Positions 1-12,349 of a DNA stretch of 64,000 nucleotides are shown one piece after another; the first letter of the stretch is position 1, and every line of letters begins with the position of its first letter. The stretch is from Epiperipatus broadwayi (Eukaryota; Animalia; Onychophora): NCBI GenBank assembly GCA_028023455.1, contig JAQFVV010000011.1, positions 1 to 64,000 on the forward strand, in the 5' to 3' direction. The notes beneath the pieces were generated by a model. It saw only the letters and a list, made by a program, of their open reading frames with translations. It had not been told where the DNA came from and did not search any database. A program made the translations under genes and the position numbers.

Positions 1-748
1 TCTGACTGTCACAGTATTGAGAAATGACAAGACAAACAAAACATCAGTTTTCATATAAATGTATAAAAAGTAATAATTTAATATTAACAACTGTTTTCTT
101 TGATCATGAAAAACATTTATTTTTACTTTCAATTTTAACAAGGATAACATTAGAATCTTCATGAGGGGAAAAAACCATAATAAAAGAAAAATCAAAAATT
201 TGTTACAAATAGAAATAAAATAAATTTAATAACGAATAAAATATAAATATTAGAATTCATGCAATGTCATATAACAATGTTTACTTTCAGCAAATTTAAA
301 ATGATTAGGAATTGAAAATGAATATGAAAACAAGTGAAAGTACTTCTGATCTTTTATAATTGTTATTACGAATATTTACCACTAATACTTGATAGTTCTA
401 TTTATTATGATTACAATTATTAATTCAACTCATAAAATAGCAAACATATATATATATATGCATGCAAAGTTGATTAAAATAATATAGAATACTTAAAGTT
501 TAGCATTAATGTTTATAATTCAGCTATGAAATAAATAAACTTCAATCTTTAATAATTAACCAAAAGCATTTTCAATGCTATGCATCATAATCGTGACAAA
601 GTCCAAACTGCAGTAGAAATATAAACTTTAATTATAAAATTTATATATATTACATAACTATATGAATGAATTAATTATGTATGATAAACAATATATAAAT
701 GCTTTCTAAACATCAGAAATAAATATATGAACAATAAATGGAGCTTAC

Positions 749-873
749 TTCCTTAACTATATAAGAATACATGCGATAATGATTTTTCCATTTAGATTCT
801 GTAGCATCCACATAAAATCCAGCACCCGATCCCAAATCATATGAATCATCTTCTCCATCAATATTACAGCCAC
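749..873 (-). CDS. ESD: Esterase D / S-formylglutathione hydrolase, coding exon 4 (gene continues off the left edge)
   Basis: Reverse strand tttttag|GT GGC TGT...AAG GAA|gtaagc encodes (R)[41 protein letters not shown], matching the ESD motif [18 protein letters not shown]...W...YRMYSY. The phase-1 start fits exon 3. Confidence 0.97.
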
Positions 874-1891
874 CTAAAAACATAGTAATAAATATTATAA
901 TTTTTATTCCAGAGATAAAAATATGAAAGTTTCTATAAAAAGATGAAAGATTCTATTTAAATAAAGATTCCCTAATAATGATCACAGGAAAAAGTAATCC
1001 TTCAAAAATATTTCAGCAAGCTATATGATTACACCTAGAATATGAAGTAAAATATGAATATATACACAAAATTTTGAAAATATTGATTGCTTTAATAAAC
1101 AATCATTCAATATGAATTTTAAATATCTTACAAATAGTGTAACTTGAATGAAAAATATCTAATCTGTTATTAATATTATGTTATATATTTTCAATTATTA
1201 TATAATGAAAATCACATTAGATTTTCCAAAATATATAAAAAAAACTGTTTATTTTCATTCAGTTATGATTTTATGCCAAAATAAAAGATGTATAATAATC
1301 AATGAATGATAAAGTTACAATTTAAATACACTATGAAAACCAAAACTGATATGATATTCATTATAATCAAATTCACATTCTGAAAAAACTTTGCTACAAA
1401 ACAATATCAATTTTGACAGCAGTATCTCTAAAAGTAATTTATTCTAAAATAGAATGTATCAAATTAAAAATTCAGTCATGAATAATAAACTAACATTTGC
1501 ATGAATTTTTACAGATAAGAATATCAAATATTAATTATAGTACTACAAATACTAGTACTGTAATCTAAAAATCAACACATCCCATTATTAGTATTATTTT
1601 ACTTGATTGATTTTTTTTTTAACAAAAACTTCTTAATAAAAAATATTGCAATGTTAATTATACATAATAAATATCTAGATGTTTACTATTTTATTCATTA
1701 TTTAGAGTTTTAGATTCCTCATATTAGGTATTGTCAGATATTCAATAAAAACTAATATCAAGGTCAAATATGCTTTCTTTAATTTCATTTTCTCCAACCC
1801 ATTATTTATAATAAAAACTCTTTTCTCAAAAAAACTTGGGAACCCTACTTTAAATGACTGCAGTTTTGAAGAAATTGAAAAAGTCTTGCTT

Positions 1892-1938
<47 letters not shown>

Positions 1939-2239
1939 AACAATAACACTGTAATGATAATACAATTATTGTTTGCCTTTCCATTTATTTAAATATTCAG
2001 AACATTTTAGGATTTTTTTCCTATTGAAGACTATGTCTGCACTTTACTAAATCTTACGGTCCTGACCCTTATCGGGGAGCTTTACTGTTTCCTGAATTTC
2101 AATAGTTTACCCAATAATGACTCAATACTACTTTGGTTAAATCCAGTGAACATAATAAATTTAACTCACAATAATTCAATACATTAACTGACAATAATTA
2201 TTAGAATAATGTTATCACATAAGCCTGTAGGCATACAAA

Positions 2240-2560
2240 TTAATAATAAGGATCAATCCGACCTGTTTAGTCCCTAGCTTGTTTTCTCACATCTGGAGTC
2301 AAGTTCTCATCTTTAGAAGCTACTAGAAAAGTGTGACATCTAGCACCCAAATTTTAATCCATCTGCCCATTGAGTTCCTCGTTAATTGTATTCCTTTTTC
2401 TTCTCCAACTTGCATGTCTTCTTTCATTGTTTTCTTTCTACAGCTGATTGGCTGGTATTCTCGCTCATCAGATAAGATAGTTATTTCTCTAAGTGCACAC
2501 GTTGGATTCCAGAATGTTTTATCTTTTGTTAACTTTGATTAACGAGCTTAAATTCTTGTT
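2240..2560 (-). mobile_element. Possible decayed LTR-retrotransposon (BEL/Pao-like) integrase C-terminal remnant
   Basis: Broken reverse-strand translation (EYQPISCRKK..EDMQVG...W..NLGAR) loosely resembles the BEL/Pao 3' domain pattern. Many stops and frameshifts; judged by eye only. Confidence 0.3.
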
Positions 2561-2879
2561 ATCAACGACAGAAATCTGACTCTCATTCCTCTAACTATTA
2601 CAAGTACATTTTTATCTCGTTATCATTAATTTTACTTTTCCACTATAATTAGAATATAATCTTTTTTCTAATCTTATAACTTCTAATTATTTTTTAGTTC
2701 AGTAATTAAAAGATAAATCTTTTAATTCTACAATTATTTTTTTATTTATTTACTATTAACTTTATATGGATGTGCGTGTACCCACATATGTACATATCAG
2801 GTAGCAAGTTCCTATCCTTGGTTGTGCAATAATTGTGAATTAAAAGCTTATGTAAGAAATTGAAGTTTACATTAATGTT

Positions 2880-3900
2880 TGTGCATACATAGTTTCCCAG
2901 CAGCTGACTGCAATGCCACCCCTGAATCACCAGATGTTAAATAAGGACAATTTAATTATTTGTCACACAAATTTTAAGATGGTTGCATGTCTGGATCCCA
3001 AGTTGTGACATGAAATGTAACAAAGCTTTCATATCTTTATAGAAAATTTCTTTTGTGAACAACTTTAATTTTGGAAATAGCGAAAATCAGTGGAAGTTAA
3101 ATCAGAATAGGTAAGATGCTTGAGCACAAGAATGCTACTTTAGCCAGAAAATTTATGCCCAATTTTGGGACTGTAGGCTAGCATGTTATAATGTAACAAA
3201 GAACAAAAACCCTGCTCATGGTATTTAGGTTGATCGACGAAAATTTTGCCCCATAAGAAATACAAAACTTCCATGTAGTAATTAATATTTACTGTCTGAT
3301 TTTCAGGAATATATTTGTGATAAATTATATTAGTCTTTAGAATAAAAAAAACCGGTAAGCAGTATTTTGATTCATTTCTTTTGTTTTCACTATATATATA
3401 TATATATTTAGTTTTTCAAATTCTGATGATCTCCATTCCTCACTTTGATACTTGGTTGATGGCTCATATTGGAAACACCAAATTTCATTTCCCATTATAT
3501 GTGATAGTTTCTGTACTGTTTCACTCTGGTATCTTTTTGGTCAAGTGTTAACAACTTATGTATAAAGAGTGTGCACACATTCCATTTTTCAAATCTTCCA
3601 TTGAAATGTCATGGAGAATAGTTTGGTGAATGCCAGTGAGTTCCTCAATGATTCTGATAGTCATACATAAATCAATTCAAAGAATTTTGTTCACTTTTTG
3701 CACATTTTCTTCATGTTATGTTTTGATGTACCTGGCTGTGAATCATTTTCAATGTTTTCCATCCTTCATGAAACAAAAACATTTCTGTAACACATAACTT
3801 CTCTGCCATCAAAGCCAGTCGGAGAGCAATATGAACAATGCAACTGCACTTAAGGCTCTGCTCCTGCATAATCTAAGCTTTCTGTGAAAATCAAAAAATA
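2880..3900 (-). mobile_element. Decayed mariner/Tc1-family transposase
   Basis: Frameshifted reverse translation gives GNEIWCFQYEPSTKYQSEEWRSS (D1 region), IYHKYIPENQTV, LLHYNMLAY (HDNA-like), HLTYSDLTSTDFRYFPKLK (HPPYSPDLAP.DF-like) and a C-terminal W..C....GNYV. TIRs not identified. Confidence 0.8.
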
Positions 3901-4459
3901 AAATGTTTTATTACTCACTAAATGTAATTACATTTCTTTTTTCTGTCAAAATTCTATAATTTGAAGATCCTATCTTGTTGAAGTACACTTCTTGTGCAGT
4001 GATACAATTTTTCAGTTATGTACAATGTGTATGCTTAAATATTTCACTGTGTTTTGATCATGTTAATGTGAAATCAACATAAGTCAAGAATGATTCTCTT
4101 CAATAGCAATTTTATCTACTGAATCAGAATTCGCAAAAAAAAAAAAAAATCACTATGATGTTATGACTGTTTTATTGCAAATCCATTAATAACATCATAG
4201 TAATTTATTCTTTATAATGATGGTTAAAAAGAATTGGATTGTCTTTCAGAGATCATAAGATGTTAAGTGACAAAGTGTGATGCTATCCATAGATGTTTAG
4301 TTCTTGAATCCACTGCTCTATTACAGAACTAAAAAATTCTGAATATCTTTGATAATATGTTGCTAACTTCATCACTTATTTAGAAATGACTAATTTAAAT
4401 TTTTTTTATCAATTCTACTTATACACTTTAATGCAATCTTGTTTTATATACTTCCTTCT

Positions 4460-4510
4460 TTATTTTGCTTACAATTTCTACTGTCCTGCGGTCTTCATCA
4501 GAGCTAACAA
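4460..4510 (-). ncRNA. Minimal type I hammerhead ribozyme-like motif (family HH-C) in an ESD intron, sense to ESD
   Basis: Reverse strand reads GTTAGCT CTGATGA AGACCGCAGGACAGTA GAAA TT GTA AGCAAAA. Core CUGAUGA is at 4501-4495 and GAAA at 4478-4475, with a GUA triplet and stem I GCT/AGC. Stems II and III carry mismatches. Confidence 0.7.
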
Positions 4511-6530
4511 CATTTAAACATATAACCATATATTCATATAACCATTATTTTATATACATATTAATATACATATTTTATATTATCATTTATAATCATATTT
4601 AACTTTAACTCTAGCTTTGCTTCTCTTATTTGCATTCAAGGGTATAAGAGAAGATGATAAAAAAAATTTAATATATATGAATATATGAAGCGAAATGCAA
4701 AAAAAGTAAAGGAGAAGATATAAGAATAAATGACTAATTTGTGATTATAACTATTATAAATAATACCTGTTATTGTACAATAAAACTTCACACCTTAAAT
4801 ACTTTAGCATTGCATTCCCAACATTGCGCAAAATAATTATCACAATTGACAGAATATAGTTACTAAAGAGCTAAATGGAGCTAAAGTAAAATAAGATATA
4901 TTCGAATGAAACTACAGTCTATTTTCAACACATTATGATGTACAAAAGAGAGAGAGAAAACTATATAAAATAAAAAAATTTAAGGAAAGATGAAAAAAAA
5001 AGTTTTCTTTTTAAAAAATAGTTATTTTGAAAAATAACATATTATATCAAAAACTCTTGGGACTAATGAAATCTCAATATTAATCGGACAAATTTAAAAT
5101 ACATTTCAACACATTGCTAATGCTTTTGTGAACTGTTTAAAAAAACAGAAATTGAAAGTGCATCTGATGAAATCAATATTTAAAAATTACTTTTATTATA
5201 TTCCAAATAAATCAAATGAAATCTTTTAAAGATTTCAGCTAGGTCTAATTTGTCCTTAGTGATGTTTAGGGTCTTGACTGAACTAATGAAGGGAGTTGTG
5301 AAACAAATATTGCGGATCTCATCATAGTTTACAAAACAGAATTTAGCTATAATATAACATCTTAGATATTATTTCAAGACAAACTTTTCAATGAGAGCTT
5401 TGATGCCTAATTCATTTATTGAAAATTTCAATTCCTTAATATAACTCCCAGGAGCCATATACATAACAAATAAATAATGCTTAATCATTTCCAAATTGTA
5501 AAATTTGGCTTCTGTCCATGCATACTTTTTAAAAATTATTAATAAAAAACTGTTTGACATATTACATAATCGTTAAATAAATTACACCATTTGATTTTTC
5601 AGAAATGAGTCCCAAAATCAGACATATTTAAATGTGATTGATTGCTTAACCAACTTTTGAAATTACAAATGAATTCAAAAGGAATTGAAGAAAACTAAAC
5701 TAAATTTTAAGTCACATTCATGTTTTACATCACATTCGTGTCTAATTTTAACCTCCATTAAAAATATCAATTACAATTGAAAAATTTGCTAATGAATAGG
5801 AGCTTAATTTAGGTTTACTTGGAAGAGCTGGTTGGTATTTTTAATATTGATCTTTGATTTCCAATATCTTGAGGGAATGTTTGTATTTCATGATGATTAT
5901 TAAACTATTATATCATAAAGTAATGACATTCAACTTTTTTCATAATTAAAAGTTCTTGGATATCCTATTTTGAATAATAGTACTTTCCATTATATTTATG
6001 CATTATAATAAAAAATTTTGTCTTTAATGTTCATTATTATATTTGTTTATTGGAATTAAAAGCTTACAGAAATATATTATCAATAGCAAATTCTGTCATA
6101 TTTTGCCTATACTGCAGACATTTTCTTTTTTTTTTAAATTTCACTATGTTACTTTTAACTTAGAAATTTGATACACATATACTGAATTTAATTTTGTTGT
6201 TTACTTGGAGAAAATGTTTATTAAAAAAAAAATTAAAAGCAATAGAAGATTTATGATACCATTTAACCTCTAAATATAAAAATCTTTAAATAGCAAATTT
6301 TTCTATCAAGATAAAAATTTATTTTGATACTAATGTATTAAGAATTTATTCTAATGAAGCATTACAGAATCAATTTTCTTGGATTTCATTTTTTTTTTTT
6401 TAATTAAGACAACATGAAATCTTGTTAGTTAAATAAAATATTTTTGCTATTAAATGAAATATCATCATATATTATTATTATTATTAATTAAGAATGTAAT
6501 AATAAATTTATTTCATCAGTTCTTCATAAT

Positions 6531-6726
6531 TAATACAATACACTTCAATGTATAAAGACAAAACTATAAAATTATAAATTTTAATATTGGCTAAGTGCTT
6601 TCAGAGCCTGTTTAATCCATATTCATAGCTATGGATATGGAGTAAACAGTTTCTGAAAGCACTTATCCAATATTAAAATTTATAATTTTATAGTTTCGTC
6701 TTTATACGTTGAAGCGTATCGTATTA
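6531..6726. repeat. Loop-less 196-bp palindrome centred on AG|CT (6628/6629) with a hammerhead-like motif in each arm
   Basis: The left arm taatacaatacacttcaatg... is the reverse complement of the right arm ...cgttgaagcgtatcgtatta, with few mismatches over 98 bp. Confidence 0.95.
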
Positions 6727-7331
6727 ATAATTAAGAATGGAAAAAATTATTATGAAAAAAAAATAAAAATCTGGCAAACAATTGAGAAACATGATCCAAT
6801 ATTCACATGTGATCATTGAATATATTATCTAGTTACTCAATCTGCTTTCGGGCAAAGAAGCTAGCATATATAAAATTCATTAAAACTATAAAAAAATCTT
6901 ATCTTTTTCTTTTCACTGAAAAATTTTGTTGATATTAATGTACTGCCATTTCAGCCAAATTAATTTGGTTATTTTCAGAACTAACTATAAAGAAAGATAA
7001 CAAAGAAAATGAAGATTGTAAACAAATAACAGTGATAAATTTAAAAACAAAAACACTTTTTTTTTTGGAAATTTATTCATTGTTCTGGCTTATAATCTTC
7101 ATTTTTGAAGATTTGACTGAAATGTAAATATAATAATAACAATGTAAGATGTTTTTATGATTTTACGAAAAATTATGAATGGAAAAGTATAAGAAACATT
7201 ATGGGGATTATTATCATATAAATGAATAATTTTTACATTATGGATACAATTCATTATCACCACTTTTTTTATCCTCAAGATTTTTTATAGTTTTATATAA
7301 ATTTATAGCAGCAAATAATTTTAGTACATAC

Positions 7332-7430
7332 GTGGACTTGTATCTGGTCCTACTATTATAATACCATATTGTGATGCAAACTTCTGAACTCCAGACTTGA
7401 AAATAAAATTTTCTTCTGTACATGTTAAAC
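7332..7430 (-). CDS. ESD: ESD coding exon 3
   Basis: tttatcatag|GT TTA ACA TGT...AGT CCA C|gtatgt encodes (G)LTCTEENFIFKSGVQKFASQYGIIIVGPDTSP. 99 bp, phase 1/1. Confidence 0.97.
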
Positions 7431-7559
7431 CTATGATAAAATATACATATATATTTTCATATAATTATGTTCATAAATAAAATTTATAAAACATCTTTCA
7501 AAAAAAAAAAATTATTTACATTATTCTTTGTTAACTTCAATTTTCTACAACTTGATAAT

Positions 7560-8760
7560 TCAAAGTTTTATTAATCATAAAAGTGATTAGAGAATCAAAT
7601 CTACAAATCCAAAGCAAAATGGCAACTCAAACTCATTAGTTCTTTCTATTCTTCTCTAAAACTTAGATATGATCCTCGAGGCTAATATAAATTTTAAATC
7701 CAACTTGTCCTTTTAATTAGTTAGAATCCAAAGTACACTTTAAATTTTGTACAGAACTGATAGAAGACTATTAGGTCCATAATTTCTAATATCTTTTTAA
7801 CACCTTTCTTTTTGCATTCTTCCAATCATCTAGTACATATTTATCATTTAGACATTTGTTACATAGCTTTGATTATAATTTTTCTATTTATTCATTTGTT
7901 TCTTTTAAAATATTAATAATAATTTCATTATTTCCTGAAGTTTTTCCCTTCTTCATAGATTTAATTGTATATCTCATCTCTTTATTTGAAATTCTTGGCA
8001 ATTTAGAAAATATACAATTATAGGGATACTTTGTTTTCTTGTTCTTTATTACTATATTTCTTAGTAAATATGTTATTTCTTTTTGTAATAATAGTTCCTT
8101 TTTTTTTACTTACTGCAGAAACAACTTTTCTTTCAATATCAATTGTTAAAACTGTCTTTCTTAATAATTTTCATCTCTCTAGTTTTGCATTAACATGTAT
8201 TTTAAATCTCAACTAGCCAACAATTACTTCCTGTGTCGAATCTAATAAAAACATTACAATTTTAAAATACATACTTTCTGTTAATCAAAATATAATCCAA
8301 TTCTCTATATCTTCACTTGGTTGTCTCCATTTTTCTCAAAGAAAGAATTCATAATACAGTTTTTCTTTTTCTGTAAACTCGGTAAAGTCTGTATTTTTTC
8401 TCATTTCTGTCATTATAACTGAATTTACCCACAGCACTTTTACTTTACAAAAATTGATCAATTTTAGGATTAAAGTTCTCGCCATGACAATTTTAAAATG
8501 TTTGCTTAATGTGATCAAAAGCATTTCCTCATCTATATAAAAATTCTCTATTTTTTCATCACAATGAAAACTTGTTAGAACATAAACCTAAATTATCTGC
8601 ATTTAATATTTTCCTTTAATTTGAATAACTAATGTTTCCATTCTGTCCAATACTCCAACAATCACCACAAAGTAATTCTTCCACTTTTTATTTATAATGA
8701 ATCTCACTTCACTTATGTTTTCAATATTTGTGTCTTTGTAATAAAGTTCACGTTTATTCT
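7560..8760 (-). mobile_element. Decayed RTE-clade LINE fragment (APE endonuclease plus start of RT)
   Basis: Reverse strand shows an IVM(G)DFN.KI-like APE motif near 8500 and DWKNA..KKG.KKDIRNYGPNSLLSVLYK near 7740-7850. Homologous to 30540-32790. Confidence 0.75.
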
Positions 8761-9289
8761 TTAAAACAACTGTTTCTTTACTTTATCCTCTAATTTCATA
8801 AGCTCCAGCAATATCTTATTTAATATTAAGACAGTTCTTGTTCCAATTCAATCAATTTTTCTTTAAAAGTAATCTGTATTTATAGGTATCTAAATAAAAA
8901 GTTGTCATATATAAAGTGCAAAATGATTAAAAAATGCGATGTCTATATCACCATCTTTCATGTTGTGTGTTTCATGCTAACATTTCTTGTGACATATAGG
9001 AATGTTTAACTTCATTTACTAAAAAATATTTTCATATTCTACCCATGATTAATGGTAAATATGCATCCAATTAAAAAATTGGACTAATATAAAATTCAAC
9101 TTACAAAAAGTCATGGATCATATCACTTACATAAGTAAAAGCTTGTTTGCACTTTAATAATTTTCATGTATTTTGGAAAGATCTTTAATTTTAGAAGTAA
9201 CCAAATTTTGAATTATAGAACTTCTACATTAATTGGCAGCTTAAGAGTTGTTTACTATCATTATTTTAACTGCAATTTGAATCACTATA

Positions 9290-9966
9290 CAGATATAAAA
9301 ATATTGAAGCACAATTTTAAAAATACTGATAATTTTAATCACGTTACTAGGACAAATTGCAGACAGATTCTAAAGAACTATATTTAAATAAACTTGCAAA
9401 TATTTTTACTTTTCATATAACAGTATAAATGTATTTGAAAGTTTATTTAAAAATTATTCTTTAGAATCTTCTTACAATTTGTCCTAGTAATGTACTCGAA
9501 TACGATTACTAAAGGTTACATGTTTGATCAGCAGTAAAAATCATTTACATATGATTAAAATTATTTGTTTCGTGAAGTATTTATATTCCTAAATGTTGCA
9601 TATTTGATCAGTAGTAAAAATCATTTAAGTCTGATTATAATTTTAATCACTCCTAATGATTTTTATTGCTGATCAAATATGTAACATTTAGGAGTATAAA
9701 TACTTCATGAAACAATTGCATCCAAATACATTACTAGGACAAATTGTAAGCAGATTCTAAAGAATAGTTCTTAAATAAACTTGAAAATATGATTATATTG
9801 ATATATGAAAGGGAAACATATTTTCAAATTCATTTTAAAATGGTTCTTTAGAATCTGCCTGCAATATATCTTAGTAATATATTCCGGTTGTAATTGTTCC
9901 GCAAAGTACTTATAATTTTAAAATAAATATATAAATAATGCTTTTCAAAATTTTTAAAACTATATC
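9290..9966. repeat. Cluster of nested inverted repeats (ttactaggacaaattg...gattctaaagaa unit in 4 alternating orientations)
   Basis: The unit occurs at ~9345 (+), ~9435-9490 (-), ~9731 (+) and ~9815-9880 (-). An inner IR pairs 9556-9640 with 9645-9715. Confidence 0.9.
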
Positions 9967-10018
9967 TGTTATGCACCTTATTCATTTTTTTTTATCTAAA
10001 GTTTAAATTAAATCTTAC

Positions 10019-10107
10019 CTGAAAAATAATAAAGAACTGGACATTTCTTGAGTTCAGAATCTGGAGGCAAATAAATGGAGAATTTCATGGAGCATTTTAA
10101 TTCAGTA
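10019..10107 (-). CDS. ESD: ESD coding exon 2
   Basis: ttcctag|T ACT GAA TTA...TTT TCA G|gtaaga encodes (S)TELKCSMKFSIYLPPDSELKKCPVLYYFS(G). 89 bp, phase 2/1. Confidence 0.97.
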
Positions 10108-10227
10108 CTAGGAAAGTGATAAGTTTGTCAGAAATCAGAATTTTTAGAAAAAGTCACATACATCAATAAAAACTTAAGATTTATATTAATATTCTTAAAA
10201 ATAGCATGAGACATTATATATATATAT

Positions 10228-10437
10228 ATAACTATAACAACACGTGAAAATTTTACAAACGTATTTAAATAATAATTGAACTGCCCTCTAGCTGCAAAGT
10301 TCGATAGCATTTTACAATAAGAGAGTGACCACCTCTTACTGTCTTTTAGATCTTTTTATGTACAACCATCCAGAACTATTACCAGCCAATTATTATTTAA
10401 ATACGTTTGTAAAATTTTCACGTGTTGTTATAGTTAT
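10228..10437. mobile_element. MITE-like fold-back element with perfect 51-bp inverted repeats
   Basis: 10228-10278 is the exact reverse complement of 10387-10437, with a 108-bp spacer. The left end abuts a (TA)n run. Confidence 0.8.
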
Positions 10438-10559
10438 TCATTATTAAAATATTATTTATCATTACATATATATATAGTTTTATTTTTGTGTGTACAGCTA
10501 ATCATCAAATACTTATCATAGTATTTTCCTGAAGATTTTTGATGATGGTGTTTTAATTG

Positions 10560-11110
10560 TATTTTTATATTGGATGATTATCCATCAGCTGTTATTAAGA
10601 AAATGTTAAATACACAACAAAAAGAACCATCAAGAGAAAAAACAATTATTGGTACTGTAATGTACCCATACATTTCAAAAATAGCAGATAAATTAATGAA
10701 AATCTGCAATCAGTATAACATTAGAACAGCTTTCCAGAGCCATACCACACTATGAGAAATTCTAACATCTATAAAGCCTAAACTTGAAATGCCGAAAAGA
10801 AAAACTGCATCTATGAAATATCATGTGAATGTGGAAGAATATATTTGGTAAATCTGTCATCCCATTGAAAAGCACTTGCAAGAACATAAACTGATGATAA
10901 GAAAAGAGATGTGTCTAAGGTAGTAGACCATGTATGTACCAATGAACATATGTTTAATGGAGAAAATACAAAAATATTGAATAGAGAAGAAAAGGTACAA
11001 AGAAGAAAATTAAAAGAGGCTGCTCGCATGACAATGGCAAAAAAAATCCCATAAGTCAACCTAGTGACTATACATAATGTATAGAAACCACTAGTCAACT
11101 TTACTCTTAG
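10560..11110 (+). mobile_element. Penelope-like element 3' fragment (linker plus GIY-YIG endonuclease), decayed
   Basis: Translation across a stop and frameshifts gives YPYISKIADKLMKICNQYNIRTAF...NCIYEISCECGRIYIGKS...LQEH...VVDHVCTNEH...RKLKEA, typical of PLE GIY-YIG. Confidence 0.85.
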
Positions 11111-11177
11111 GAAGAAGTGGAGAAATCAGGAGGAACCTCATAGATAAGTATATGACATTTCTACTGACTGTTGCCTT

Positions 11178-11300
11178 TGGCAGGATGGCTCAATTGGTTA
11201 TAGCATTAACTTAAAATTCAATACTCAAGAATGTAAGGGTCCAGGTTCGAATCCCATGCTAGTACTGACACTGGTTGAGCCAGCAACATCTGAAAAAAAG
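11178..11300 (+). mobile_element. tRNA-derived SINE
   Basis: A box TGGCTCAATTGG (~11187), B box GGTTCGAATCC (~11245), non-tRNA body and a short A tail. Confidence 0.65.
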
Positions 11301-12349
11301 GGGAGAATAAATATCTCTTTAAATGTTGTACATGTTTTGGAATATTTAAATAAAGTTAAAATTTTCTAAAGAATACTCATATTAGATGATGGAAATAGTC
11401 CAATATAAAAATACAACTCATCATAATACTTTGACTCTTCCCTTTTAATCAATACTCTCATTACAGTAATATACTCATTAAAATATGATATTAACAAAAA
11501 ACAAAGATGAGTAAATTTAAAAAAAAAAAAATGTATAAGAAATATTCTTGTAAAAAAATAAAATTCTTTGTCCCCCTCCCCCAAAAGAGAGATGGTAGAA
11601 AGCAGCAGTGACTGGCCCACATAAGTGCTGTGATACTGTAACACCCCCAGAATAAATTATTAAATTTGCACTTGAAAATATCAATAATATAACATCATTC
11701 AATATTTTGTATAATTATTAAGTAAATATGAGTAATTAAACTATTTTTAAAAAGAATTATTTTAACCATTGCTTGAAATTTTATAGTAGTATCAGAAATG
11801 TTATATTCAGTGAATTTCAGTAAGTTCCACTGAGATCCATCATATCAATGCGCAAAACTGGTTCCATTGGAACTGATCGATGTGGCAGCATCAGTTGTTA
11901 TTTGAGAGTGATATGTTTATGTATTCTAGTTTATCTTCAGAGCAAATCATTTTTATTGTTTTCATTTAGGATGGGTGGTTGCGTAATTAGAAATACTCTA
12001 TTTTGTTTTCCTTGCTTATTTTTTGGAGGCTGATATTATAATAAAGCACCACTGCTTAAAAATTTCATGGGTCACCATTGGTAGAAAGTCCGTAGAAAAA
12101 TAATAATTTGTTTAAAAAATATTTTATACTTGCTATACTTTTTAAATTAATAAAGGTAATGCAATAAAGGATTTAGTTAGTATATTTAAAAGTAATGTTT
12201 TATATCTTACTCCTAATCCATAAGCATCTTAAATTCAGAGCATTAAAATAAAATATCAAACAAATGAGACTTTAATTACAAAATTGGATTTTTTTTAGTG
12301 ATTTATTATATGTAAGAATGTTGTTATACTTATTAATAAACTTAAGGGA

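Noticed and set aside
2742-2930. Copia RNase H-like reading (CTNINVNFNFLHK)
   Set aside because: Only a superficial match. The adjoining sequence fits the C-terminus of the upstream mariner transposase better.
10279-10386. Hammerhead in the loop of the 51-bp IR element
   Set aside because: A 9-bp hairpin is present, but the core reads CTAAAAGA with no usable GAAA or stem III.
11900-11945. Other isolated CTGANGA hits (11934 minus; also 2464, 5164, 10529, 12725, 16000, 17531, 61870)
   Set aside because: They lack a convincing stem II, GAAA and stem III together, and such heptamers are expected by chance in 64 kb.
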